From Methanobacteriota archaeon (GTDB lineage Archaea > Thermoplasmatota > Thermoplasmata > Thermoplasmatales > GCA-001856825), in NCBI GenBank assembly GCA_017857235.1, contig JAFMDN010000001.1, forward strand, positions 23,022 through 87,021: a stretch of DNA of 64,000 nucleotides, given 5' to 3'. The notes under the pieces were generated by a model. The model was not told the origin of the DNA. It ran no database searches and saw only the letters and a list, made by a program, of their open reading frames with translations. Of this stretch, positions 52,197 to 62,284 are shown piece by piece. Each line of letters begins with the position of its first letter. Position 1 is the first letter of the stretch. Position numbers and translations under genes: made by a program.

Positions 52197-52478
52197 TTTC
52201 ATTACATATTAAATATTGAGTTCTCTTAGTCCAGAATGAAATAATATATCCGTTTAAAAAAGTTAATTGGAGAATTGTGGATATTGGAATGCGTTTCGTT
52301 CATTACCTTTTATTAATTACGTGACTTTTTTAAATTTAATATTCTAAGTTTGATAGAAATACAATAATGTATACCGATATATTTCTAATATTGTCTTAAA
52401 TTCTATTTAAATTTAATAATATCTTTTTATGTACATCATATTCAATTTATCCTAAGATCTCATCTCAATATCCTTAAA

Positions 52479-52533
52479 TTTACATAGAATTGGGGGCACT
52501 ATCCTATAATTAGTGGCAAAATTTTTGTGGAAA
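52479..52533. repeat. Imperfect inverted repeat formed by two abutted IS256-like ends
   Basis: TTTACATAGAATTGGGGGCACTA vs reverse complement TTTCCACAAAAATTTTGCCACTA, 15/23 identical, 9-nt gap. Confidence 0.5.
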
Positions 52534-52760
52534 TTTTTGGGATGCCCAATTTCAAAGTTCCTCATTATATTATATCTTTGTATACATTTAATCTAAGGAC
52601 TGAACTTACGCTGAATTTATAATTTTGTTCAATGATTCTTAAGTACGTAATTTTCTTGCTGATTCTTAACCTGGCTATGAATCTATTATATTTATTCTTC
52701 TACTAATACCTCTGTTTGATCTTTCTACCATATTCTTCAATCTTACAATCTTCCCTATGC
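52509..52760 (-). mobile_element. Degraded IS256-family remnant (transposase C-terminus plus terminal IR)
   Basis: Minus strand reads NMVERSNRGISRRINIIDS*PG*ESA, then after a frameshift KITYLRIIEQN; resembles the IS256 N..ER.N.EI.RR...IDS.P..ESA.K..YL motif; IR-like TTTCCACAAAAATTTTGCCACTA follows. Confidence 0.65.
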
Positions 52761-52941
52761 GTTAAGCAAATTTGTAAAAGGTTAAGAGAAGATACAATCT
52801 TGTTTTCATGTTATTGATGCTTCGTTGCCTGTGATTTTTGCTAATGCGATATATTTAACTTCATACACAAAATTTAAAGACAGTGTTTCATTTATCGCCA
52901 TATTTGAATTAAGTTAAAATACGTTTATAAAATAATTCAAA

Positions 52942-54210
52942 ATGAACTCAAATAATGAAAGCATAGTTTCACGAATTCGTCAACATTTTCCTAATATAGA
53001 TCATGACATTTCAGGTAAAGAAAGAATATTCCTGGACAACGGAGCAGGAAGTTTAGTTTTGAAAGAGGCTGCTAACGCTGAAAATTTTGCCAGAATTAAT
53101 GCCAGTGCCAATGTTGATGGACAATACTATGAATCTGAATTAAATGAAGAAATATTAAAGAAAGGAAGAGAGGCTTTGGCAGTTCTTTTCAATTCTAAAA
53201 GTCCCGATAATATATTTCAGGGAGAGTCAGCATCCAGTCTATCATTTTTGATAGCGATTGCGCTAAGAAATTATATAGGCAAGGAAGGTAATGTAATATC
53301 AACATACAATGAACATTATTCCTCGGTGGGACCTTACATATTCCTGAAGAAAAATGGATTTATTAGGGATGTAAAATTAACTAAGATTAATCCCGAAACC
53401 ACAGAAATAGATCTAGAGCATATGAAAGAGCTCATGGATAAAAATACTAAACTCATTGTAGCTACTGCAGAAAGCAATCTAACTGGCACTAAATCAACAA
53501 TAACCCAATTAAGAAAGCTGGCTGATGAGAATGATGGTCTTTTAATAATTGATGGAGTCCATTATGCTCCTCAGGATTTGATAGATGTGACATCTCCGAA
53601 TGTTGATGCTTTTATTATATCCATGTATAAATTATTTGGACCTCGAGGTTCCTTCGCATATTTATCTGACAATCTTCTGAGGCAATCTGAGCCATACAAT
53701 GTAGATCCATTCACAAATAGATTCAAGGGTTCCTTCATGGAGCTTGGCACCAGAGACCAGGCGATTTTTAATTCATCTTTCGAGGTAGTTAAATTTCTTT
53801 CTAATCTAATCGAAGATAAGGGAATTATTTCAAGGTCCGGCATTGAAGAAGCTTTTGCATGGAATAAGTCATACCTTACAAATTTGAATAAATTTATTTT
53901 AGAAGGTGATGGATATACTCCGGGTTTAAATAATATAAAAAATGTAAGAATATTAGGGATTAAGGAAACAAAGGATCTTGATAGAAGAGGAAGCACTTTT
54001 TCATTCAATTTCGAAAACATTGACGATGCAAAAGCTGAAAAAATTTATTGGGAAAAATTTGGTATCACTGTAGTTGGGGGAAATCATTTCAACTTGGCAC
54101 ATGATTACCTTTCTAGAAAATCTGTTCTAAGGGTTACCTTCTTGATGTACAATACAATCGAGGAGGCAAGAAAATTCCTTAAAGCAACTGAATACATTGC
54201 TTCTATTTAA
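52942..54210 (+). CDS. Class V PLP enzyme, cysteine desulfurase-like, without catalytic Cys
   Basis: FLDNGAG, EH.S, DGVHYAP, SMYKLFGP, ELGT; the G.HC loop reads GGNHF. Confidence 0.8.
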   Translation: MNSNNESIVSRIRQHFPNIDHDISGKERIFLDNGAGSLVLKEAANAENFARINASANVDGQYYESELNEEILKKGREALAVLFNSKSPDNIFQGESASSLSFLIAIALRNYIGKEGNVISTYNEHYSSVGPYIFLKKNGFIRDVKLTKINPETTEIDLEHMKELMDKNTKLIVATAESNLTGTKSTITQLRKLADENDGLLIIDGVHYAPQDLIDVTSPNVDAFIISMYKLFGPRGSFAYLSDNLLRQSEPYNVDPFTNRFKGSFMELGTRDQAIFNSSFEVVKFLSNLIEDKGIISRSGIEEAFAWNKSYLTNLNKFILEGDGYTPGLNNIKNVRILGIKETKDLDRRGSTFSFNFENIDDAKAEKIYWEKFGITVVGGNHFNLAHDYLSRKSVLRVTFLMYNTIEEARKFLKATEYIASI

Positions 54211-54252
54211 AATGAAAATTAATCTTGAATTTTATTTTTAATCTTTTTATTG

Positions 54253-55608
54253 TTATACACAACAGCTCATCTTATTAACGTCGCCATAATAGGATAAAGC
54301 TGCTAATCTTAAAACCTCTGAAAAACTTGGGAATATTTGATTGCTGTCTATTAGGTCATTAATAGTTGCACCAGCATTCATCAAGATCGCAGATTCATTG
54401 ATGATCTCTTCCGATCTTTCTGAAATTACCTGAATGCCCAAGATCTTTAAGTTTCTTAAATCAACATTCAATTTTACCAATCCAATTTCCTCATTTTCTA
54501 TGTATCCCCTAGCCAATGAATCAATTGGAACCTTTAGGCTTTTTACATACATGTTGCCTATAAGCTCGCTTGATGTTTTACCTACCTTAGCAATACCTGG
54601 AGAAATAAATATGTTCTCAGGAACTGCATCATAGTTGATTTTCTTTTTTTCTTCCGTAAATGCATTGGAGACTGCTATCGATCCTTGCCGACCTGCTAAA
54701 GGTTCTAGCATTTTTATACCTATTACGTCTCCCGCAGCAAACACACTTGGATTCGTGGTTCTAAGCTCTTCATCTGTTTTGATCCCACCTCGTTCGTTTA
54801 ATTCAATTTGTGCATTTTCCAGTCCAATTTCAACATTAGGCTTTCTTCCAGTTGCCATTAAAAGCCTTTCTGATTCTATAATCCCAAAGTTCCCACTAAC
54901 AATTAATTTATCATTTTTCTTTTGAACTTTAATATTTTTAGAGTTTAAAAAAACCTTGACACCGTATGATTCTATTATCTTTCTCGCCATGACTGAAAAT
55001 TCCGGATCATATTCCGGTATTAATCTAGGACTCCTCTGAATTATCGAAACTTCTGCCCCCAAACCAGAATATATGTCTGAAAATTCCAATGCTAATGCCC
55101 TGCCTCCAATTATAGTCAAAGATTCCACTTTTTTATCGGGGCTCAGAGCCCTATCACTTGTCCAGAAATCTATCTTTTCTAGACCTTCAATTTCAGGGAT
55201 GTTCGGTCTAGAACCAGTTGCGATTATACACCTCTCAAACTCATAAATGTCATTTCCTACCTTTACTGATTTTCTATCCTTAAATTTAGCCTCGCCCTGA
55301 ACCAATTTAACATCATATGAGTTCAATATATCTTCATACTTTTTTTTCCTTAATGTTCCTACCACTTCATCTTTTTCACTGAAAGCGGCCATAAAATCTG
55401 GGAATTGATTTGAATTTATCCTTTTTCTTAGTTCTCTATAAAAATGTGATATTGAGAGCAATTTTTTCGAAGGAATACAACCAACATTAACACATGTTCC
55501 ACCTAAGGAGCCTTTTCCTATCAATATTGGCTTAATTCCTAGTTCATTAGCCTTTATCATAGCAGCAAAACCTGCTGCTCCGTATCCTATTATAACAAGC
55601 TTTTCCAT
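54253..55608 (-). CDS. merA: Mercuric reductase (no N-terminal HMA domain)
   Basis: GGTCVNVGCIPSK redox centre; C-terminal vicinal MSCCV. Confidence 0.9.
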   Translation of the reverse strand: MEKLVIIGYGAAGFAAMIKANELGIKPILIGKGSLGGTCVNVGCIPSKKLLSISHFYRELRKRINSNQFPDFMAAFSEKDEVVGTLRKKKYEDILNSYDVKLVQGEAKFKDRKSVKVGNDIYEFERCIIATGSRPNIPEIEGLEKIDFWTSDRALSPDKKVESLTIIGGRALALEFSDIYSGLGAEVSIIQRSPRLIPEYDPEFSVMARKIIESYGVKVFLNSKNIKVQKKNDKLIVSGNFGIIESERLLMATGRKPNVEIGLENAQIELNERGGIKTDEELRTTNPSVFAAGDVIGIKMLEPLAGRQGSIAVSNAFTEEKKKINYDAVPENIFISPGIAKVGKTSSELIGNMYVKSLKVPIDSLARGYIENEEIGLVKLNVDLRNLKILGIQVISERSEEIINESAILMNAGATINDLIDSNQIFPSFSEVLRLAALSYYGDVNKMSCCV

Positions 55609-55614
55609 TTTCTA

Positions 55615-55797
55615 TCAGCAACTGCATGCGTGGTTATTACCTGAACCTATGAATTCATTAGCACAGTGATCACAGCAGAAGTAATGTGCTTTGCCTTCTA
55701 TTTTAACTTCATATGATTCTTCCAGCGTTATCTCTTTACCGCAGTATTCACATTTTAAATTTGATACTTCTTCATTCTTTTTAATTATGAAATTCAT
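55615..55797 (-). CDS. TRASH/YHS metallochaperone (MerH-like)
   Basis: CEYCG...YFCCDHC...ACSC; directly upstream of merA; start inferred at ATG 55797. Confidence 0.8.
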   Translation of the reverse strand: MNFIIKKNEEVSNLKCEYCGKEITLEESYEVKIEGKAHYFCCDHCANEFIGSGNNHACSC

Positions 55798-55835
55798 AAA
55801 ATGCCATTTGTTGGGTTTATTTAAAATTATTGTTA

Positions 55836-55855
55836 ATATGAACAATAGTTCATAT
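55836..55855. promoter_or_regulatory. Palindromic operator of the mer locus
   Basis: ATATGAAC-aata-GTTCATAT, perfect 8-4-8 repeat between the divergent merH and ArsR genes. Confidence 0.75.
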
Positions 55856-55885
55856 ATTTATACGTTAAATAAATTACATATATAA

Positions 55886-56218
55886 ATGAATCAAATAGAA
55901 GATCTAGGACTAATAGAAATAAGCAGGCTCTTCCAAGCCCTATCTGAACCAACAAGGCTACAGATAACTGCACTATTGATTAACCAAGGTTCCATGAGTG
56001 TATCAATGATTTCTAAAGAATTAAAAAAGTCGCAATCTTTAATATCACATCATTTGAGCTGCCTCAGAAATTGTGGGGTAGTAAAATATAATAAAAAAGA
56101 ACAAAATGTCTATTATGAAATAGCATCGGATAAAATCAGAGTTATTATATCAAGTGCTATAAAACATGTCAGAGAATATGGTTCGAGTATTCTTTCCTGT
56201 GATATTATTAACGATTGA
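55886..56218 (+). CDS. ArsR/SmtB-family regulator (archaeal MerR-like)
   Basis: FQALSEPTRLQI, SQSLISHHLSCLRNCG, C-terminal SC. Confidence 0.88.
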   Translation: MNQIEDLGLIEISRLFQALSEPTRLQITALLINQGSMSVSMISKELKKSQSLISHHLSCLRNCGVVKYNKKEQNVYYEIASDKIRVIISSAIKHVREYGSSILSCDIIND

Positions 56219-56229
56219 TAATAAATAAA

Positions 56230-56766
56230 TTAATCTTTATTAGCAATTATAAGATCATAAAAATTTTTCCTAACCTTATCTAATTTGGGTTCTATCACGA
56301 ATTTGCAATATGGATTCCTTCTATTTCTGAAAAAATACATCTTATGGTAGTCCTCAGCTTCGTAAAAGTTTTTCACGTAATCCACTTCAGTGACTATAGG
56401 TTTAATAAAGTATTTCGCCTTCTCTTCCAGAAATTTCTTAGCAGCATCGTAGTCCTCTTTATTATATACATAAATTGCGGACCTATATTGCTCACCAATA
56501 TCATTACCCTGCCTGTTCAGTGAGGTAGGATCATGGATAGCTAGGAATATTTCAAGAAGTTCCCTTAATGAAATTATATTATCATCGTACTGGATTTTCA
56601 CAACCTCAGCGTGACCTGTTAATCCGCTGCAAACTTCCCCGTATGTAGGATTATTTTTATGCCCTCCAGAATATCCTGGTGTTACTTGTATTACGCCCTT
56701 TACTTGTGAGAATACTGCCTCTGAACACCAGAAGCATCCCGTTCCAAATATTATTTCCTTATTCAT
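56230..56766 (-). CDS. msrA: Peptide-methionine (S)-S-oxide reductase
   Basis: GCFWC, GYSGG, TGHAE, HDPT, QYRS, AEDYH; start at MNKEII. Confidence 0.95.
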   Translation of the reverse strand: MNKEIIFGTGCFWCSEAVFSQVKGVIQVTPGYSGGHKNNPTYGEVCSGLTGHAEVVKIQYDDNIISLRELLEIFLAIHDPTSLNRQGNDIGEQYRSAIYVYNKEDYDAAKKFLEEKAKYFIKPIVTEVDYVKNFYEAEDYHKMYFFRNRRNPYCKFVIEPKLDKVRKNFYDLIIANKD

Positions 56767-57136
56767 TTCTATCAGGAACAAATAATATGGATAAGGAGTT
56801 CACGCAATATCTTGTATTCTTTGAAGTAAAACCCTCACCATAAAATATATGACCCAAATGAGCACCACAGTTTTTGCATCTTATCTCAGTTCTAATTCCA
56901 TCCTTATCTGGTAATTTAAGAACTGAGCCTGGAATTTCATCATCAAAACTTGGCCAACCGCAGTCAGAATGGAATTTATATTCAGACTTGAAAAGTGGTG
57001 AATCACACCTCCTGCAGACGTAAATCCCCTTTTCGAAGTGATTATAATATTCGTTTAAAAATGGGCGTTCGGTTCCACCATAAACAATTATCCTTTCCTC
57101 TTCAGGAGTAAGTTTCCTGTAGTATTTCCCTTTCAT
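56759..57136 (-). CDS. msrB: Peptide-methionine (R)-S-oxide reductase
   Basis: GTERPF, C..C, CGWPSF, RTEI.C..C..HLGH, RYCVNS. Confidence 0.95.
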   Translation of the reverse strand: MKGKYYRKLTPEEERIIVYGGTERPFLNEYYNHFEKGIYVCRRCDSPLFKSEYKFHSDCGWPSFDDEIPGSVLKLPDKDGIRTEIRCKNCGAHLGHIFYGEGFTSKNTRYCVNSLSILFVPDRNE

Positions 57137-57206
57137 TAGTTAGTCAATCTAAATCAGCTTAAATCCTATTTGTAGCTTAGATTATTAATTTTATGCGAAA
57201 AGTTGA

Positions 57207-58115
<909 letters not shown>

Positions 58116-58301
58116 ATTTTAAGAAAATAATTTAGCATGGAGGTTTTAACCCTTAAACTTGATTATATTACATTTTCTTAATTTAAATTTGATGAAGATA
58201 TAACATGTAAATTTTGCCTTATAATTTTTCCAGGGGAAGATCATTTCAATTTAATTAATGAAAATATTAAATAAAAAAATTATAATCAATTTTCTGTCAG
58301 A

Positions 58302-58815
58302 TTAGCCCTGCACTATGAAGGTTCCAATATATGGAGTAAACATCCTTGATTGTAAATTCAAGCTCTGTTGTATTGAGAAGTCTATTATGACGGTCACTGT
58401 CTTATGGGCGGGAATATTTATAGGATGATTTATAAAAGCAAATGGAGAACTTAACTTGAAAGATATGTTCCCCATGCCGACAATATTGACAGTAACGCTA
58501 GATATGTACAATCTCATCATTGTATATTTCTGTGCACTTAGAGATATGTTTGTTAATAAACTTGCATTGTTTATTGTTAATCCCAAAATGTTAATGGTTA
58601 CTGGGCTTGATAAGTTGTAATAAGTCCAGCCGCTTTGATTTCCATGAAGGGCCACTTCGGTGAAAGTGATATAAACGGCTGATATACCAGGCATAGGTTG
58701 ATCTGCGACCTTAAGTGCAAGGTTACCATTATTGCTAAACATAAAAGATGCAAAAATTACCCCGATTATCAATATTATTACTACTGAAATAATAGCCAAA
58801 GTTTTTTTTTCCCAT
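58302..58815 (-). CDS. Secreted/membrane-anchored DUF4382-like protein; ATG frameshifted in an A9 run (or TTG start at 58799)
   Basis: Hydrophobic N-terminus, V.D.P....VYITF..V..H, YT.MRL, VIIDF. Confidence 0.65.
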
Positions 58816-58882
58816 TATTCAAAAATAATCATATGTTATTTAATTGATTTGATACAATTTTCAAATTTTAACTTTGGTGCAT

Positions 58883-58905
58883 TTAACAAATTGTACATTT
58901 GTTAA
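58883..58905. promoter_or_regulatory. 9-5-9 palindrome upstream of the TATA box of the chorismate mutase operon
   Basis: TTAACAAAT-tgtac-ATTTGTTAA followed by TTTAAATA at 58914-58921. Confidence 0.45.
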
Positions 58906-58960
58906 CAGAAGCCTTTAAATAGCGCTTCCTATCTCCATCTTATGGCCGATAAAATGAGAG

Positions 58961-59569
58961 ATGATTTACTTTATAGAGGCACAGCTTGAACTTAATAAAC
59001 TTAGAGAGCAAATGTTAATAAATACCCGCGAAGTCATTAATGTTTTAAACAAGAGAAAGGAACTTTCTCAGTCTATTGGCAGATTGAAATCTATACTTGG
59101 TATAGATGTCAGGGATTACCAAAGGGAAAGAGAAGTACTTAATAATCTAGAATTTGATGATGTAACTTCAAGAGCCATTGTTAATCTTCTATTTGAGTTA
59201 TCAATTCAGAGCCAAAGACCTTTAATTTCAAGTATCAAATGGAAAGAACTTAGGGTTTTAGGGAAGGAATTTAATATCTTGACCGGTTCCTCTGATTTTG
59301 TCCTGATAATGGCTGGATTGATTGCAAGTAAACCAGGAGGAGTCGTTTACACCCTGAATCCATTGCCCAATATGCTTGAACTCGGATTGATATTGGGTGG
59401 TTCTCATATAATCAATTCAGAAGCAGAGAGTTCAGCAATCCGCATTTATTACAATAAGAAAATATTACATGATAATGCTTTTATATTTGATGATCCAAAA
59501 GGTTCATATTTCGGGGTTCCGGCTGATTCACTAAAATTTTTCGGAAAAATGGATGTTGCCATTATATGA
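58961..59569 (+). CDS. Chorismate mutase (AroQ-like N-terminus) with C-terminal extension
   Basis: L..LR.......LN.R......IG..K.....RD..RE..V...LFE.S. Confidence 0.75.
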   Translation: MIYFIEAQLELNKLREQMLINTREVINVLNKRKELSQSIGRLKSILGIDVRDYQREREVLNNLEFDDVTSRAIVNLLFELSIQSQRPLISSIKWKELRVLGKEFNILTGSSDFVLIMAGLIASKPGGVVYTLNPLPNMLELGLILGGSHIINSEAESSAIRIYYNKKILHDNAFIFDDPKGSYFGVPADSLKFFGKMDVAII

Positions 59570-60192
59570 TAGTATCAATAATAGGCTCGGATGGAAGATT
59601 AGGAACTTCTTTGAAGAAAGTAATGAATAATAGACTTGATTACGTTTATTGCAATTCGAAGCATTGTGATGAGGATGCAATAATGGAATCAGATGTATCC
59701 GTATTGGCAGTTCCAATAACTGAAACTATTAAAATACTTGACAGATATTACACAAAAAAATTGATTATTGAAACGTGCTCGGTTAAAACACCTTTTAGAA
59801 AATATAAAGGACATTTTATTTCAATACACCCGCTCTTTGGCCCACTATCATATGAAAAACGCAAGAAAATTTTGGTAATAAAGGATCTAAGCATCCCTAA
59901 TTATGGAAGTGTTTTGGAAGAGCTCTTTCCTAGCTACGAATTTCTTGAAATGGATTTAGAAGAACATGATAAAATTATGGCAATAGCCCAAGCTATACCG
60001 TATCTTTTATCCCTATCTGTTAATGTACCTGAGATAAATATTGATATGAATTCATATAATGCCCTGAAGACATTGATAAATCTTAGAGAAAATGAAAACC
60101 CTGAAGTGATGAGAGATTCAATACAATTAAATCCATTTGCAAAGCCATTAATAAGGAAACTACTTGAGAATATTTCACAATTTGAAAAATAA
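59566..60192 (+). CDS. Prephenate/arogenate dehydrogenase
   Basis: IIG..GRLG, LAVP, SVK, HPLFGP, EEHD..MA. Confidence 0.82.
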   Translation: MIVSIIGSDGRLGTSLKKVMNNRLDYVYCNSKHCDEDAIMESDVSVLAVPITETIKILDRYYTKKLIIETCSVKTPFRKYKGHFISIHPLFGPLSYEKRKKILVIKDLSIPNYGSVLEELFPSYEFLEMDLEEHDKIMAIAQAIPYLLSLSVNVPEINIDMNSYNALKTLINLRENENPEVMRDSIQLNPFAKPLIRKLLENISQFEK

Positions 60193-60721
60193 ATTTCCGG
60201 TGACAATAATTTAACAGAGGTAGTGAGAATAAACTTTATTAATGCGGAACCATGGAACAGAATGGCAAACCTTAATTATTGTGCTTTCAAGGAATATATA
60301 ATGAAAGATTGCTCTTGATCCTCTAACATTTATAGTATCTTTCGCAACATGAGAATATCGAGGAAGAGATCTCTTGTAGATTATCCATTTGTAATAATGA
60401 AGAGTGAATTCCACTTCTCACACACTTTAGTCACACCTTTCAGAACAGTGAGAATGAAATTCGTGTTTTCTCGCATCTATTATAATCTGTTTGCACTGGG
60501 TCAACTAAAACAGAGAGTAAACTATCGAAATTTTAACAAAAAATTGAGAAAATAAGATGGGGAAATAGGATTCGTTTGTTTATTTGGCTGAATTGACGAT
60601 AGAACTATGGTAAAACTAAATAGTTTGGTATAACTTAATCAAAATTCTCTGGATTTTAGAAATCCTCAATATTGTCTAGCAATATTTAAATATTGAAAAT
60701 CCAATATTATACATTAGTGGT

Positions 60722-62281
60722 ATGATGTCCAAAGAAATCGGCTTAACTTTGGATAGGCTTTTTTATAGAACTCTCATGGTTAACCCTGATGAAAAAATAA
60801 TTTATAAAGATACTTATTTGACATATAAAGATTTTTTTAAAAATTCGGTTAAAATAGCAAATTCATTGAACGAATCGGGATTTAAAAACATAAACATAGG
60901 AATAATGGATTGGAATACAATTGAATACGCCGAGCTTTTATATGCCATCCCATTTTCGGGTAATGTTGCACATCCGATAAATATTAGATTACCTCCTGAA
61001 AATCTAATCAAAACGATAATTGAAGCTAAGGATTCTGTTATTTTCTTTTCAAAAGATATGATACCTTTAATAGAGAAAATAAAAAATTTAGACATTATTC
61101 CCAAGAAAAATCTATTTTATATAGGTAGTGAAGCAAACGGATATAACAATTTCCTTGATCTTTTAAATAACTCAAATGAAAAACTAAATTTGAATATAAA
61201 TGAAAATGATCCAATTATGATATTATTTACTTCAGGAACAACAGGTACTCCAAAAGGAGTAAAATATACTTCAAGAGAGATGATACTAAGTATATGGTCC
61301 ATGTTAACACAACTTTCTGCATTTGAAGGGAATTCCAGATTGTCATCAAAAGATGTTGTTTTTTCATTGATACCGTTTTATCATTTAATTTCTTGGGGAT
61401 CATTATATATTTCAACATTATTGGGAGCTAAATATGTGATGGATGGAAAATTTGATACAGAAAGTATATTGAATGCAATAAAAGATAATAAAGTAACATG
61501 GATGGCAATGGTTCCAACAATGCTATATCAACTATTATCCTCAAAAAATGCGGATATTATGAATGGAATGAAAATATTAATTGGAGGTTCTGTGATACCA
61601 TCAGGCTTGGTAAAAATGGCAATGCAGCATAATATTGAATTAACTTCAATTTATGGTTTTACAGATGGTCTTGGAGCAGGGATAGGCACACTAAAACAAA
61701 AAGGAAGTAGAACTAAAGAAGAAGAATATTATGATTCAACTGCTTTTTTCACGCCACTACCACTTACTGAATATTATTTTGATGAAAGTAAAGGTGGAGA
61801 AATTTATTTTAGAGCTCCTTGGTTACCTAATGAATATTTTAATTTGCCAAAAGAGGAGTCAGATAAAGCATATACAAAAGATGGATGGTTTCTACCTGGT
61901 GATGCCGGATCAATAGAGAAGGACGGTAAAATCAAGATTATAGATAGAACTAAAGACCTTATTAAGAGTGGTGGTGAATTTATACCATCAATGAAGTTAG
62001 AAGATTTAATTTCTGAATTAGAATCTGTTGAGCTTGTTGCAGTTGTTGGTAAAAATAACCCACAATGGATAGAAAGGCCATGGGCATTTGTAAAATTAAA
62101 AAAAGGAAAGAATTTCAATGAAAAAGATGCGCGTGAGCATTTAGAAGAATATGTTAAAAAAGGAATAATAGAAAAATGGTGGATACCAGACAAATTTATC
62201 ATTATTGATGATATGCCATTAACGGGTACTGGAAAAATAGATAAAAAAGTATTAAAAGATAAAATTAACAACTCAGAATGA
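60722..62281 (+). CDS. Fatty-acid--CoA ligase (AMP-forming)
   Basis: FTSGTTGTPKG, YG, GD, DRTKDLIKSGGE, WIERP, KWWIPD, GKIDKK. Confidence 0.9.
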   Translation: MMSKEIGLTLDRLFYRTLMVNPDEKIIYKDTYLTYKDFFKNSVKIANSLNESGFKNINIGIMDWNTIEYAELLYAIPFSGNVAHPINIRLPPENLIKTIIEAKDSVIFFSKDMIPLIEKIKNLDIIPKKNLFYIGSEANGYNNFLDLLNNSNEKLNLNINENDPIMILFTSGTTGTPKGVKYTSREMILSIWSMLTQLSAFEGNSRLSSKDVVFSLIPFYHLISWGSLYISTLLGAKYVMDGKFDTESILNAIKDNKVTWMAMVPTMLYQLLSSKNADIMNGMKILIGGSVIPSGLVKMAMQHNIELTSIYGFTDGLGAGIGTLKQKGSRTKEEEYYDSTAFFTPLPLTEYYFDESKGGEIYFRAPWLPNEYFNLPKEESDKAYTKDGWFLPGDAGSIEKDGKIKIIDRTKDLIKSGGEFIPSMKLEDLISELESVELVAVVGKNNPQWIERPWAFVKLKKGKNFNEKDAREHLEEYVKKGIIEKWWIPDKFIIIDDMPLTGTGKIDKKVLKDKINNSE

Positions 62282-62284
62282 TTT

